Origin: Mobula hypostoma
Taxonomy: Eukaryota
Direction of reading: 5' to 3'
Length of the DNA stretch: 64,000 bases
Assembly: GCF_963921235.1 (NCBI RefSeq)
Contig: NC_086108.1
Location: forward strand, 85,190,001 to 85,254,000
The position numbers were made by a program, and so were the translations under genes. Below the pieces are notes generated by a model. The model made no database searches. It saw only the letters and a list, made by a program, of their open reading frames with translations, and was not told the DNA's origin. Below are positions 26,561 to 37,759 of this stretch, piece after piece; the first letter of the stretch is position 1; every line of letters begins with the position of its first letter.

Positions 26561-27041
26561 CATTAAAGTACACACACTTCAACCTGCGTTTATTACATAG
26601 CGACAGAGGGCTGGGGGAGTTGCGCTATTAATCAGGAACAATTTCACAAGTTGCACTCAGAGGGGATAAAATGAAGAGCTTCCTCTCAATACCTCCATTT
26701 TCTGACTTGTTGCTTCCCTTGAGTAGCATCAGCAAATCCCCAGCCAGGATGTTGCTTCCCCTTCAGTCAAGCTGCGATGTGCCCCTCTTTTACAGGTCAT
26801 CTTGCCAGCGGAGAGGATTCAATAATCCAAGAATCTGACCCCTGTTTCCGTTTCTCAGATTCTCATTCATCAGTTCCAGCTTTCTGTTTCTGCCATGACC
26901 AGTATTTGTATCAGGAGTAGTCCAGAGATGACTACCTTCAAGGTCCTGCTTTTCAGTTTCCTTCCTAACTCCCTGAGTTAACTCACTGAGCAGGACCTCT
27001 TCCCATGACTAATGTTATGGAGCCAATGTGCACAATGACTT

Positions 27042-28580
27042 CTGTGATGATCAACTGGCTGGTGTTTTCACCGAGGTCTTTAACCTCTCGCTTTGGCAGT
27101 CTGAGATATCCGCCTGCTTCAAGCAGACTTCAATTATACTGGTGCCTAAGAAGAATGTGGTGACTGGCCTCAATGATTATCACCCAGAAGTATTTACATC
27201 CACAATGATGAAGTGTTTTGAGAGGTTTGTGATGAAACATATCAACTCCTGCCTGATAAACAACTTGGATCTGCTCCAGTTTGCCTACTGAAGCAACAAG
27301 TCCACAGCAGGTGCCATCTCATTGGCTCTTTACTCAACCCTGGAACATCTGGACAGCTAAGATCCATACATCAGCATGCTCTTTATTGACTACAGCTCAG
27401 CATTCAATACCATCAACCCCTCAAAATGAATCAATGAGCTCCAAGACCTTGGTCTCATTACTTCCTTGTGCAATTGGATTCTCCATTTCCTCACTTGTAA
27501 ACCCCAGTCAGTTTGGATTGGCAACAACATCTCCTCCCCAATCTCCATCAACACAGCTGCACCACAAGGCTGTGTGCTCAGACCCCTGCTCTACTCGCTT
27601 TGCACTTATGACTGTGGCTAAGCACAGCTCCAATGCCATATTCAAGTTTGCTGACGCACCAGTCGCTGGCCGAATCAATGGTGGTGATGAATCAGCACAA
27701 AGGAGGGAGATTACAATCAGGCTGAGTGATGCCCCAACTCAATGCCAGTAAGACCACGGAGCTGATTATTGATTTCAGGAGAAGGAAACCAGGGTCAACG
27801 AGCCAGTCCTCATTGGAGGATCAGAGGTGGATTTGGTCTGCAACTGTAAATTCCTCAGTGTTATCATTTCGGAGGCCCTGTCTTGGGCTCAGCCGCAAAG
27901 TACAACTATGAAGAAAGCCCAGCAGCGCCTATACTTCCCATAGGAGTTTGTGAAGATTCGACATGACATCTAAAACTTTGACAAACTACTATTGATGTGT
28001 AGTGGAGAGTGTATTGACTGGCTGCATCTGTGCCTGGTATGGAAGGACCAATGCCCTTGAAGGAAAATTCTACAAAAAGTAGTGGATATGGCCCAGTCCA
28101 TCATGGGTAAAGCCCTCCCCACCACTGAGCACATCTACACGAAACGCTGTTGAAGGAAGGCAGCATCCATCATTGGGACCCTCACTGCCGGGGACGTGCA
28201 CTCTTCGTTCTGCTGCTTTCTTCAGGCAGAAGTTTCAGAGCCTCAGAACTCACCCCTCCAGGTTCAGGAACAATTATTACCCCTCATCCGGCTCTTGAAC
28301 CAAAGGGGTTAACTTCACTTGTCCCATCATTGAAATGTTCCCGCAACCTATGTGCTCACTTTCAAGGACTCCTCACCTCATGTTCTCGATATTTATTGCT
28401 CATTTATTATTATTATTTCTTTATTTTTGTATTTGCACAGTTTGTTGTATTTTGCAAACTGGTGGTGTGGTCTTTCATTGATTCTGTTATGGTTATTATT
28501 CTATTATGGATTTATTGGGTAATGAATCTCAGGGTTGTAACGGTGACATATGCATTTTGATAACAAATTTACTTTGAACT
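27042..28580 (+). mobile_element. Rex1/Babar LINE RT plus 3' UTR relic
   Basis: DQLAGVFTEVFNLSL..LVPKKN..LNDYHP..MKCFERFV..LQFAY; IFKFAD; tail aaatttactttgaact. Confidence 0.9.
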
Positions 28581-29081
28581 ATTGGGTCTCCTGTCGCTAT
28601 TGCTTTTCTTGACTTTACCCTTCCCTGTTGAACCTCAGGGCCAGCCACAATGTCACCGCCATTGCTGCTGATGCTGAGTCCTGTGACAGGTCAACCCATT
28701 TCCCCCAGCTGAGCAGAATGGCCCCAGGGCAACCCTGCACTGACTGCCTACTTCCCTTACTTCTCCTAGTGGTCACCTGTATTCAGGGTGTGAGCACCTT
28801 GGTAAAAGCCTCATCGACAAACGCGCCAGCTCCTTGATGATCTTCAGTACCTTTTCACTTCATCTTAAGTGAAGTTGTAAATGGGAACTAATGATAAATT
28901 TTGAGCTATCATAAGTGCAATGTGTCACAGCTGATGTGCTAAGCAATGAAAGAATCCATTAAAAAGGGTCATGAAAGATTGGTAAACAACAGGAATTCTG
29001 CAGATGCTGGAAATTCAAGCAACATACATCAAAGTTGCTGGTGAACGCAGCAGGCCAAGCAGCATCTATAGGAAGAGGCGC

Positions 29082-29117
29082 AGTCGACGTTTCAGGCCGA
29101 GACCCTTCGTCAGGACT
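29082..29117 (-). ncRNA. Minimal type I hammerhead ribozyme
   Basis: Reverse complement is identical to 276-311. Confidence 0.85.
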
Positions 29118-29409
29118 AAATGAAGGAGGAGTGAGTAAGGGATTTGAAAGCTGGAGGGGGAGGGGGAGATGCAAAATGATAGGAGAAGACAGGAGGGGGA
29201 GGGATAGAGCCGAGAGCTGGACAGGTGATAGGCAAAAGGGGATACGAGAGGATCATGGGACAGGAGGCCTAGGGAGAAAGACGGGGGGGGTGACCCAGAG
29301 GATGGGCAAGAGGTATATTCAGAGGGACAGAGGGAGAAAAAGGAGAGTGAGAGAAAGAATGTGTGCATAAAAAGGAGTAACAGCTGGGGTACGAGGGGGA
29401 GGTGGGGCC

Positions 29410-30903
29410 TAGCGGAAGTTAGAGAAGTCAATGTTCATGCCATCAGGTTGGAGGCTACCCAGACGGAATATAAGGTGTTGTTCCTCCAACCTGAGTGTGG
29501 TTTCATCTTTACAGTAGAGGAGGCCGTGTCTGACATGTCAGAATGGGAATGGGATGTGGAATTAAAATGTGTGGCCACTGGGAGATCCTGCTTTCTCTGG
29601 CGGACAGAGCGTAGATGTTCAGCAAAGCGGTCTCCCAGTCTGCGTCGGGTCTCACCAATATATAAAAGGCCACATCGGGAGCACCGGACGCAGTATATCA
29701 CCCCAGTCGACTCACAGGTGAAGTGATGCCTCACCTGGAAGGACTGTTTGGGGCCCTGAATGGTGGTAAGGGAGGAAGTGTAAGGGCATGTGTAGCACTT
29801 GTTCCACTTACACGGATAAGTGCCAGGAGGGAGATCAGTGGGGAGGGATGGGGGGGACGAATGGACAAGGGAGTTGTGTAGGGAGCGATCCCTGCGGAAT
29901 GCAGAGAGAGGGGGGGAGGGAAAGATGTGCTTAGTGGTGGGATCCCGTTGGAGGTGGCGGAAGTTACGGAGAATAATATTTTGGACCCGGAGGCTGGTGG
30001 GGTGGTAGGTGAGGACCAGGGGAACCCTATTCCTAGTGGGGTGGTGGGAGGATGGAGTGAGAGCAGATGTACGTGAAATGGAGGAGATGCGTTTAAGAGC
30101 AGAGTTGATAGTGGAGGAAGGGAAGCCCCTTTCTTTAAAAAATGAAGACATCTCCCTCGTCCTAGAATGAAAAGCCTCATCCTGAGAGCAGATGCGGCGG
30201 AGACGGAGGAATTGCGAGAAGGGGATGGCGTTTTTGCAAGAGACAGGGTGAGAAGAGGAATAGTCCAGATAGCTGTGAGAGTCAGTAGGCTTATAGTAGA
30301 TATCAGTGGATAAGCTGTCTCCAGAGACAGAGACAGAAAGATCTAGAAAGGGGAGGGAGGTGTCGGAAATAGACCAGGTAAACTTGAGGGCAGGGTGAAA
30401 GTTGGAGGCAAAGTTAATAAAGTCAACGAGTTCTGCATGCGTGCAGGAAGCAGCGCCAATGCAGTCGTCGATATAGCGAAGGAAAAGTGGGGGACAGATA
30501 CCAGAATAGGCACGGAACATAGATTGTTCCACAAACCCAACGAAAAGGCAGGCATAGCTAGGACCCATACGGGTGCCCATAGCTACACCTTTAGGTTGGA
30601 GGAAATGGGAGGAGCAAAAGGAGAAATTATTAAGAGTAAGGACTAATTCCGCTAGATGGAGCAGAGTGGTGGTAGAGGGGAACTGATTAGGTCTGGATCC
30701 AAAAAGAAGCGTAGAGCTTTGAGACCTTCCTGATGGGGGATGGAAGTATATAAGGACTGGACATCCATGGTGAAAATAAAGCGGTGGGGGCCAGGGAACT
30801 TAAAATCATCGAAAAGTTTAAGAGCGTGAGAAGTTTCACGAACATAGGTCGGAAGGGATTGAACAAGGGGTGATAAAACAGTGTCGAGGTATGCAGAAAC
30901 GAG
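29410..30903 (-). pseudogene. PLE RT/GIY-YIG polyprotein (partial; frameshifts near 30690 and 29530)
   Basis: ORF 29435-30580 (381 aa) plus an upstream frame in 30652-30903; the C-terminus shifts after SHSDMS compared with 32068-32361. Confidence 0.88.
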
Positions 30904-31269
30904 ATAGCAGAGTTTTCTCCTCCATACCTGGCAGCACTTATCCTTCAACCAACACCATGATAAAACTAATTGTCTGCTAAATATTTTAGTGCTAGTTGTG
31001 GAAATTAATGCACTTAAACCAAGTGCTGGCTTCTTATGTTGCAATAGTTCCTTCATTTCCAAAAGTAATTCATCGATCATGAGACATCTTTGATATCCAG
31101 AATCATAAAAGGTGCTATAAAACTGGGCGTCCCCCAGTCTTTATTAGTAAGTAGCTGTCCCCTTCTCTATATCTAATGATCACTTTGATGAAAGATTAGA
31201 AAGTGCTAAGAATACTCAGCAGATCTGGAAACACGTGAAGAGAGAGAAAATAAGTCACCAATCTTTCAT

Positions 31270-32042
31270 ACATCAAAGTTGCTGGTGAACGCAGCAGGCC
31301 AAGCAGCATCTATAGGAAGAGGCGCAGTCGACGTTTCAGGCCGAGACCCTTCGTCAGGACTAACTGAAAGAAGAGTGAGTAAGGGATTTGAAAGCTGGAG
31401 GGGGAGGGGGAGATGCAAAATGATAGGAGAAGACAGGAGGGGGAGGGATAGAGCCGAGAGCTGGACAGGTGATAAGCAAAAGGGGATACGAGAGGATCAT
31501 GGGACAGGAGGCCTAGGGAGAAAGACGGGGGGGGGTGACCCAGAGGATGGGCAAGAGGTATATTCAGAGGGACAGAGGGAGAAAAAGGAGAGTGAGAGAA
31601 AGAATGTGTGCATAAAAAGGAGTAACAGCTGGGGTACGAGGGGAAGGTGGGGCCTAGCGGAAGTTAGAGAAGTCAATGTTCATGCCATCAGGTTGGAGGC
31701 TACCCAGACGGAATATAAGGTGTTGTTCCTCCAACCTGAGTGTGGTTTCATCTTTACAGTAGAGGAGGCCGTGTCTGACATGTCAGAATGGGAATGGGAT
31801 GTGGAATTAAAATGTGTGGCCACTGGGAGATCCTGCTTTCTCTGGCGGACAGAGCGTAGATGTTCAGCAAAGCGGTCTCCCAGTCTGCGTCGGGTCTCAC
31901 CAATATATAAAAGGCCACATCGGGAGCACCGGACGCAGTATATCACCCCAGTCGACTCACAGGTGAAGTGATGCCTCACCTGGAAGGACTGTTTGGGGCC
32001 CTGAATGGTGGTAAGGGAGGAAGTGTAAGGGCATGTGTAGCA
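31270..32042 (-). mobile_element. PLE 3' fragment, copy 2
   Basis: Direct repeat of ~29025-29797; GIY-YIG ORF 31680-31979. Confidence 0.93.
31326..31361 (-). ncRNA. Minimal type I hammerhead ribozyme
   Basis: agtcgacgtttcaggccgagacccttcgtcaggact is the reverse complement of the intact motif. Confidence 0.85.
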
Positions 32043-32745
32043 TCACTTCACCTGTGAGTCGACTGGGGTGATGTACTGCGTCCGGTGCTCCCGATGTGGC
32101 CTTTTATATATTGGTGAGACCCGACGCAGACTGGGAGACCGCTTTGCTGAACATCTACGCTCTGTCCGCCAGAGAAAGCAGGATCTCCCAGTGGCCACAC
32201 ATTTTAATTCCACATCCCATTCCCATTCTGACATGTCTATCCACGGCCTCCTCTACTGTAAAGATGAAGCCACACTCAGGTTGGAGGAACAACACCTTAT
32301 ATTCCGTCTGGGTAGCCTCCAACCTGATGGCATGAACATTGACTTCTCTAACTTCCGCTAGGCCCCACCTTCCCCTCGTACCCCAGCTGTTACTCCTTTT
32401 TATGCACACATTCTTTCTCTCACTCTCCTTTTTCTCCCTCTGTCCCTCTGAATATACCTCTTGCCCATCCTCTGGGTCACCCCCCCCCGTCTTTCTCCCT
32501 AGGCCTCCTGTCCCATGATCCTCTCGTATCCCCTTTTGCTTATCACCTGTCCAGCTCTCGGCTCTATCCCTCCCCCTCCTGTCTTCTCCTATCATTTTGC
32601 ATCTCCCCCTCCCCCTCCAGCTTTCAAATCCCTTACTCACTCTTCTTTCAGTTAGTCCTGACGAAGGGTCTCGGCCTGAAACGTCGACTGCGCCTCTTCC
32701 TATAGATGCTGCTTGGCCTGCTGCGTTCACCAGCAACTTTGATGT
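32040..32745 (+). mobile_element. PLE 3' fragment, copy 3 (inverted), intact GIY-YIG C-terminus
   Basis: ORF 32068-32361: YCVRCSRCGLLYIGETRRRLGDRFAEH..RLEEQHLIFRLGSLQPDGMNIDFSNFR*. Followed by TSD atgaaagattggt (32746-32758). Confidence 0.93.
32654..32689 (+). ncRNA. Minimal type I hammerhead ribozyme
   Basis: agtcctgacgaagggtctcggcctgaaacgtcgact. Confidence 0.85.
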
Positions 32746-33334
32746 ATGAAAGATTGGTGACTTATTTTCTCTCTCTTCACGTGTTTCCAGATCTGCTGAG
32801 TATTCTTAGCACTTTCTAATCTTTCATCAAAGTGATCATTAGATATAGAGAAGGGGACAGCTACTTACTAATAAAGACTGGGGGACGCCCAGTTTTATAG
32901 CACCTTTTATGATTCTGGATATCAAAGATGTCTCATGATCGATGAATTACTTTTGGAAATGAAGGAACTATTGCAACATAAGAAGCCAGCACTTGGTTTA
33001 AGTGCAGTAATTTCCACAACTAGCACTAAAATATTTAGCAGACAATTAGTTTTATCATGGTGTTGGTTGAAGGATAAGTGCTGCCAGGTATGGAGGAGAA
33101 AACTCTGCTATCCTTCGAGTTATGAGATCTTTTACTTCCACCCTGTTAGCTCAGCAAGTTTTGGATGTTTACAGAGGAAGAAAAAGCTAACAATAAAATG
33201 GTAAGTGAAGAGCACTGTTCAAAGTCTTTACATTTTTTCTTTTGTCTGGTGACCAGAACTGCACATGTTACCCCAAATGTGGCCTAAACAAAGTTTTATA
33301 GAGCTGCAACCTGACTTACTAACTTTTATATGAG

Positions 33335-33610
33335 TCGGCACGGTAGTGTAGTGATTAGCACAATGCTTTACACTACCATCTGCCCGGGTTCCCCACCCCT
33401 GCCTGTAAGGAGTTTGTATGTTCTCTGTTTCCTCCGGGTGCTCCTGTTTCTTCCCACAGCCCAAAGACACACCGGTTTGTAGATTGGTTGGTCATTGTAA
33501 ATTGTCCCATGATGAGGCCAGGGTTAAATCAGGGGATTGCTGGGCGGTGTGGCTTGACGAGCTGGAAGGGCCTATTCTGTGCTGTAGTTCAATAAATAAA
33601 TTAATAAATA
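33335..33610 (+). mobile_element. tRNA-derived V-SINE-type SINE nested in a CR1 remnant (33235-33760, -)
   Basis: ggcacggtagtgtagtgattagc..ctgtaaggagtttgtatgttctc..tttcctccgggtgctcc..(aaat)n. Confidence 0.8.
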
Positions 33611-34509
33611 CTTACTGTCTGACCAATGAAGGCAAGGATGCCATATGCTTTCTTTACAACCCTATCCTGTGATCTTGACACTTCAGGGAGCTATGGACTT
33701 ACACTCCAAGATCCCCCAATGCTCCTAATGGTTCTGCCATTTACTTTGTAATTTGACTTGCGTATGGTTTTATTAACTTCATAGGTTGCTGACTGGTACT
33801 GCTATTCTTTTTCACCTGTCCAATAGCAGTTGAATGTTTTAAGCATTATCTGTATCACTAGTTACATTATGGATGTAATTTCAGTGCAAGTTTCCAGATA
33901 CTGGCAGAATCAAAGATCCTCCCATTGTGAATCCCTATCCTGTTTTTGCTTTCCTTTGTGAATATAAACTGCTGGAGGATCTCAGGCAGTGAAGGGAAAT
34001 GGACCATCGAGGATTTGGGTAGAGAAGAGATGGTACTTCTTTACAGATACTGTCTGAGCTACTTTGTTCCTCCAGGACATTTTTTTTTTGCATCTGCATT
34101 CTCTTGTGCTTCCCCTTGGTTCCCTTTCCTTTGTAGTTGGAGTTTCTTCACAACTCACTGGAATGGAACCTTCAGTGAAAGTATTTAACAGAAAAGGGTC
34201 TGCTCCAGATGAGATATGGCAAAACATTGCAGAGACCATGCAAGCAAACCTCCTGGAAAATCTCTGACCAGAGATTTCAACTCTAAACATACAAGGAAGG
34301 GCCACATTTTGTTATCAAAACTGGAGATGGTTTACACTAAACACAACAAGTGTTGAACCTGTTTGATTCAGAATTAAAGGGCTGCCATGAAGCTTCGTCG
34401 GTAGTTTATTAAAGACTTTGTTGGAACATGCTAACAAAAGAGTAATTCTTCAAACATACTTTGCTAAGTGTGAGATGGTGACAGTTGTAAGGAGATAATG
34501 CAAATGATA

Positions 34510-34816
34510 TAACATATAGCAATTACAGCATGGAAACAGGCCATCTCGGCCCTTCTAGTCCGTGCCGAACTCTTACTCTCACCTAGTCCCACCGACCTGC
34601 ACTCAGCCCATAACCCTCCATTCCTTTCCTGTCCATATATCTATCCAATTTAACTTTAAATGACAACATTGAACCTGCCTCAACCACTTCTGCTGGAAGC
34701 TCGTTCCACACAGCCACCACTCTCCGAGTAAAGAAGTTCCCCCTCATGTTACCCCTAAACTTTTGCCCTTTAACTCTCAACTCATGTCCTCTTGTTTGAA
34801 TCTCCTCCACTCTCAA
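34510..34816 (-). mobile_element. CR1 3' fragment
   Basis: TRGHELRVKGQKFRGNMRGNFFTRRVVAVWNELP. Confidence 0.9.
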
Positions 34817-35009
34817 TGATGTGTGGATAAGTTCCACAGAGCACAGAAAACAGACACGCATCCACCAGGACGTACCTTGCCTTCTTCCAATATTCCCCAC
34901 CACCATCGCACTCCATCACACTGGACCCAACTTAGTTCCTCAACTAGTATTACAGCTAAGTAATTTTTAATCTTCCTAGCAACTGCTGAAACATTTCTTG
35001 TGCCACAAT

Positions 35010-35340
35010 TAGAACATAAAACATGGAACACTACTGCACAGCACAGGCTCTATGGCTCATAATGTTGTGCCTATCTTGTAAGTGTAAGATCAGTCAAACA
35101 CTTCCTTCCTAAATAGCCCTCCATTTTTCTATCATCCATGTGTCTACGTAAGAGTTCTTAAATGTCCCTAATGTATCTGCCTCAACCACTCTGTGCAAAA
35201 AAGCTGACCTCTGACATTCCCCCCCCTACACTTTTCTCCGATAACCTAAAAATTATGTCCCCTTGTTTCACCCATTTCTGCCCGAGGAAAATGTCTCTGG
35301 CTATCCACTTGATCTATGCCTCTTATCATCTTGTGCACCT
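35010..35340 (-). mobile_element. CR1 3' fragment (degenerate)
   Basis: agaacataaaacatggaaca tail; cctcttatcatcttgtgcacct. Confidence 0.7.
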
Positions 35341-35984
35341 ATTGGTGACCTTAGCTGACTGGTGATAAAAAATAATCAGCCCAGAAGATACATTCCTGTT
35401 GGTTGGCTCGAAAGGCAGATATAACACACACTTTCCTTGTTGGATTCAGTTCTGTTCTTAATTCACCTGTGATTAATTTTGACAGTTGACTGCTAATTTA
35501 AAAGCTCGTGTAAAATCTAAGCATTTAAATGAAGCCAAACCATGATGTGGAAGGAGTAAATATCACCAGTGAACCTGGGAACACTGTTTAGATGCTGGAT
35601 TATATTAGTCATGCACCACAGCTGGAGATGACTTATCCCTTTCACACCGTGTAGAAGTACAGCCCTCAATTAAAAGCAGCAGGGACAGTTTGTACCTTTG
35701 AGCACAATCAGTAGACTGGTGACTGTGGATAAGTTATCATGATACACCCTACTCAAATTTCCTTCCTGGCCTCTTCATTTTTGAGGTCAATGTTTTAATT
35801 TTGTTCATAGTTATCTGGGAAAGTTCAGTTCATCCCTTTGTCAGGGCGTTGCCTCCTAATTTCATTTGCTGGAGCTGGATACATGTTGCAAGGGAGGTTC
35901 AAATCACCTCGCCCTTTTGGATGGGGAGGAGGTGTGGCATTGCTGAACCAGAGCCCAGATTTTGACACTCAACCTTTTTATCTG

Positions 35985-36458
35985 ACTACTACTACTACGT
36001 CGACTCAGGCCTAGGGGGCCAGCGTTGGGCACGATGATGGACTCTCCACTTCTCCCTCTCCCTCATCAGTGTGTTCAGTTCATCTACATTAGCCGCGCCA
36101 CTGTCTTCTGGGAGCGTGTTGACCATAGCCTTGGGAGGGCGCCCAGGGTTCATCTTCCCATGCTTCGGCTGCCATATGACAACTAGGCTGGCAGGTAGCT
36201 CGGGGTGGCGAAGACAGTGCCCCGCTAGTTGCAGTCTTCTCGCCTCAATTTTAGTGGTGAGCATCGGTAGGTTGTTATAGAGCTCAACGTTCGTCATGTG
36301 CTGTTGCCAACTCACGTCAAGAGCCATCCGGAACGTTCATGTATAGCAACCATCTAGAGACTTTCGCATAGTCTTGGTGAGTGTCCACGTCTCGCATCCA
36401 TATGTGAGAATGGGCTCTATGACTGCTAAGAAAATCCTCTTTTTAAACCCCCTGGACT
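35985..36458 (-). mobile_element. RTE-clade LINE 3' fragment, (TAG)n tail
   Basis: MALDVSWQQHMTNVELY..RRLQLAGHCLRHPE..GRP; (act)n at 35986-35998. Confidence 0.85.
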
Positions 36459-36795
36459 CTCGCTTAAATTTACAATTGACTTTCTTAGCCATGAACTAGA
36501 ATGAAGTAGCTTGAAGATTGGAGAACAAATTGTACAGTGAAGTTGACAGTGGTGTTAGTGCTAGTTGGTGCAGGTTGCAGGGCAGTGGAAGTGCTGCAGT
36601 TGGGAGCAGGAAGATGGAGGCCTCTCTGCCTTAGTTAGGTGATGTTGAATAGTGAGAGACAAAATGAAATGGTTGTGATGAGAGGAACAGTCAAGGAAGC
36701 ATAAATTGTTAAATGCATTCAAAGAAAGACTTGCAACACACATCAAAGTTGCTGGTGAACGCAGCAGGCCAGGCAGCATCTCTAGGAAGAGGCAC

Positions 36796-36831
36796 AGTCG
36801 ACGTTTCAGGCCGAGACCCTTCGTCAGGACT
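36796..36831 (-). ncRNA. Minimal type I hammerhead ribozyme
   Basis: Reverse complement of the intact motif. Confidence 0.85.
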
Positions 36832-37723
36832 AACTGAAGGAAGAGTTAGTAAGAGACTGTGTTGCTTAAATTTCCAGCATCTGCAGAATTCCTGTTGTTT
36901 GCGTGAACCGTCGACTGTACCCCTTCCTAGAGATGCTGCCTGGCCTGCTGCGTTCACCAGCAACTTTGATGTGTGTTGCTTGAATTTCCAGCATCTGCAG
37001 AATTCCTGTTGTTTGCGCACTTATCCTTGTAAGCGGAACAAGTGCTACACATGCCCTTACACTTCCTCCCTTACCACCATTCAGGGCCCCAGACAGTCCC
37101 TCCAGGTGAGGCGACACTTCACCTGTGAGTCGGCTGGGGTGATATACTGTGTCCGGTGCTCCCAATGTGGCCTTCTATATATTGGTGAGACCCAATGCAG
37201 ACTGGGAGACCGCTTTGCTGAGCACCTATGCCCTGTCCACCAGAGAAAGCAGGATCTCCCAGTGGCCACACATTTTGATTCCACATCTCATTCCCATTCT
37301 GACATGTCTATCCACGGCCTCCTCTACTGTAAAGATGAAGCCACACTCAGGTTGGAGGAACAACACCTTATATTCCGTCTGGGTAGCCTCCAACCTGGTG
37401 GCATGAACATTGACTTCTCTAACTTCTGCTAATGCCCCACCTCCCTCTTGTACCCCATCCGTTATTTATTTATATACACACATTCTTTCTCTCTCTCTCC
37501 TTTTTCTCCCTCTGTCCCTCTGACTATACCCCTTGCCCATCCCCTGGGTTCCCCCCCTTGTCTTTCTCCCTGGACCTCCTGTCCTATGATCCTCTCATAT
37601 CCCCTTTGCCAATCACCTGTCCAGCTCTTGGCTCCATCCCTCCCCCTCCTGTCTTCTCCTATCATTTTGTATCTCCCCCTCCCCCTCCCACTTTCTAATC
37701 TCTTACTAACTCTTCCTTCAGTT

Positions 37724-37759
37724 AGTCCTGACGAAGGGTCTCGACCTGAAACGTCGACT
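37724..37759 (+). ncRNA. Minimal type I hammerhead ribozyme
   Basis: agtcctgacgaagggtctcgacctgaaacgtcgact; helix II has U-A instead of U-G, which preserves pairing. Confidence 0.85.

Larger units (their letters stand above)
28984..30903 (-). mobile_element. Young Penelope-like (Neptune-type) element, 5'-truncated
   Basis: Full tail at 28984; hammerhead at 29082-29117; RT motifs FTMDVQSLYTSIPH, AMGTRMGPSYA, FLRYIDD; Cys linker CKWNKCYTC; GIY-YIG VIYCVRCSRCGLLYIGET. Confidence 0.95.
30903..33112. repeat. Long inverted repeat: arms 30903-31974 and 32040-33112, 65-nt spacer
   Basis: Arms are reverse complements with few differences; each has ~365 bp flank plus ~700 bp PLE 3' end. The track shows mirror ORFs (MIDELLLEMKEL.. 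on both strands). Confidence 0.95.

Noticed and set aside
30652..31080. Apparent fusion ORF MIDELLLEMKEL…FTMDVQSLY
   Set aside because: Chance read-through from inverted flank into truncated PLE RT; it terminates at a frameshift.
29035..32736. Repeated ORFs starting MLVNAAGQAASIGRGAVDVSGRDPSSG (also at 17758, 36713, 37462, 55258)
   Set aside because: These are antisense readings of the PLE 3' tail and hammerhead, not a host protein family.
33335..33400. tRNA gene
   Set aside because: SINE head with degenerate A/B boxes and no complete cloverleaf.
34137..34267. Possible terminal exon after ccctttcctttgtag (GVSSQLTGMEPSVKVF…ENL*)
   Set aside because: Acceptor only; adjacent to an eroded PLE tail; no recognisable homology.
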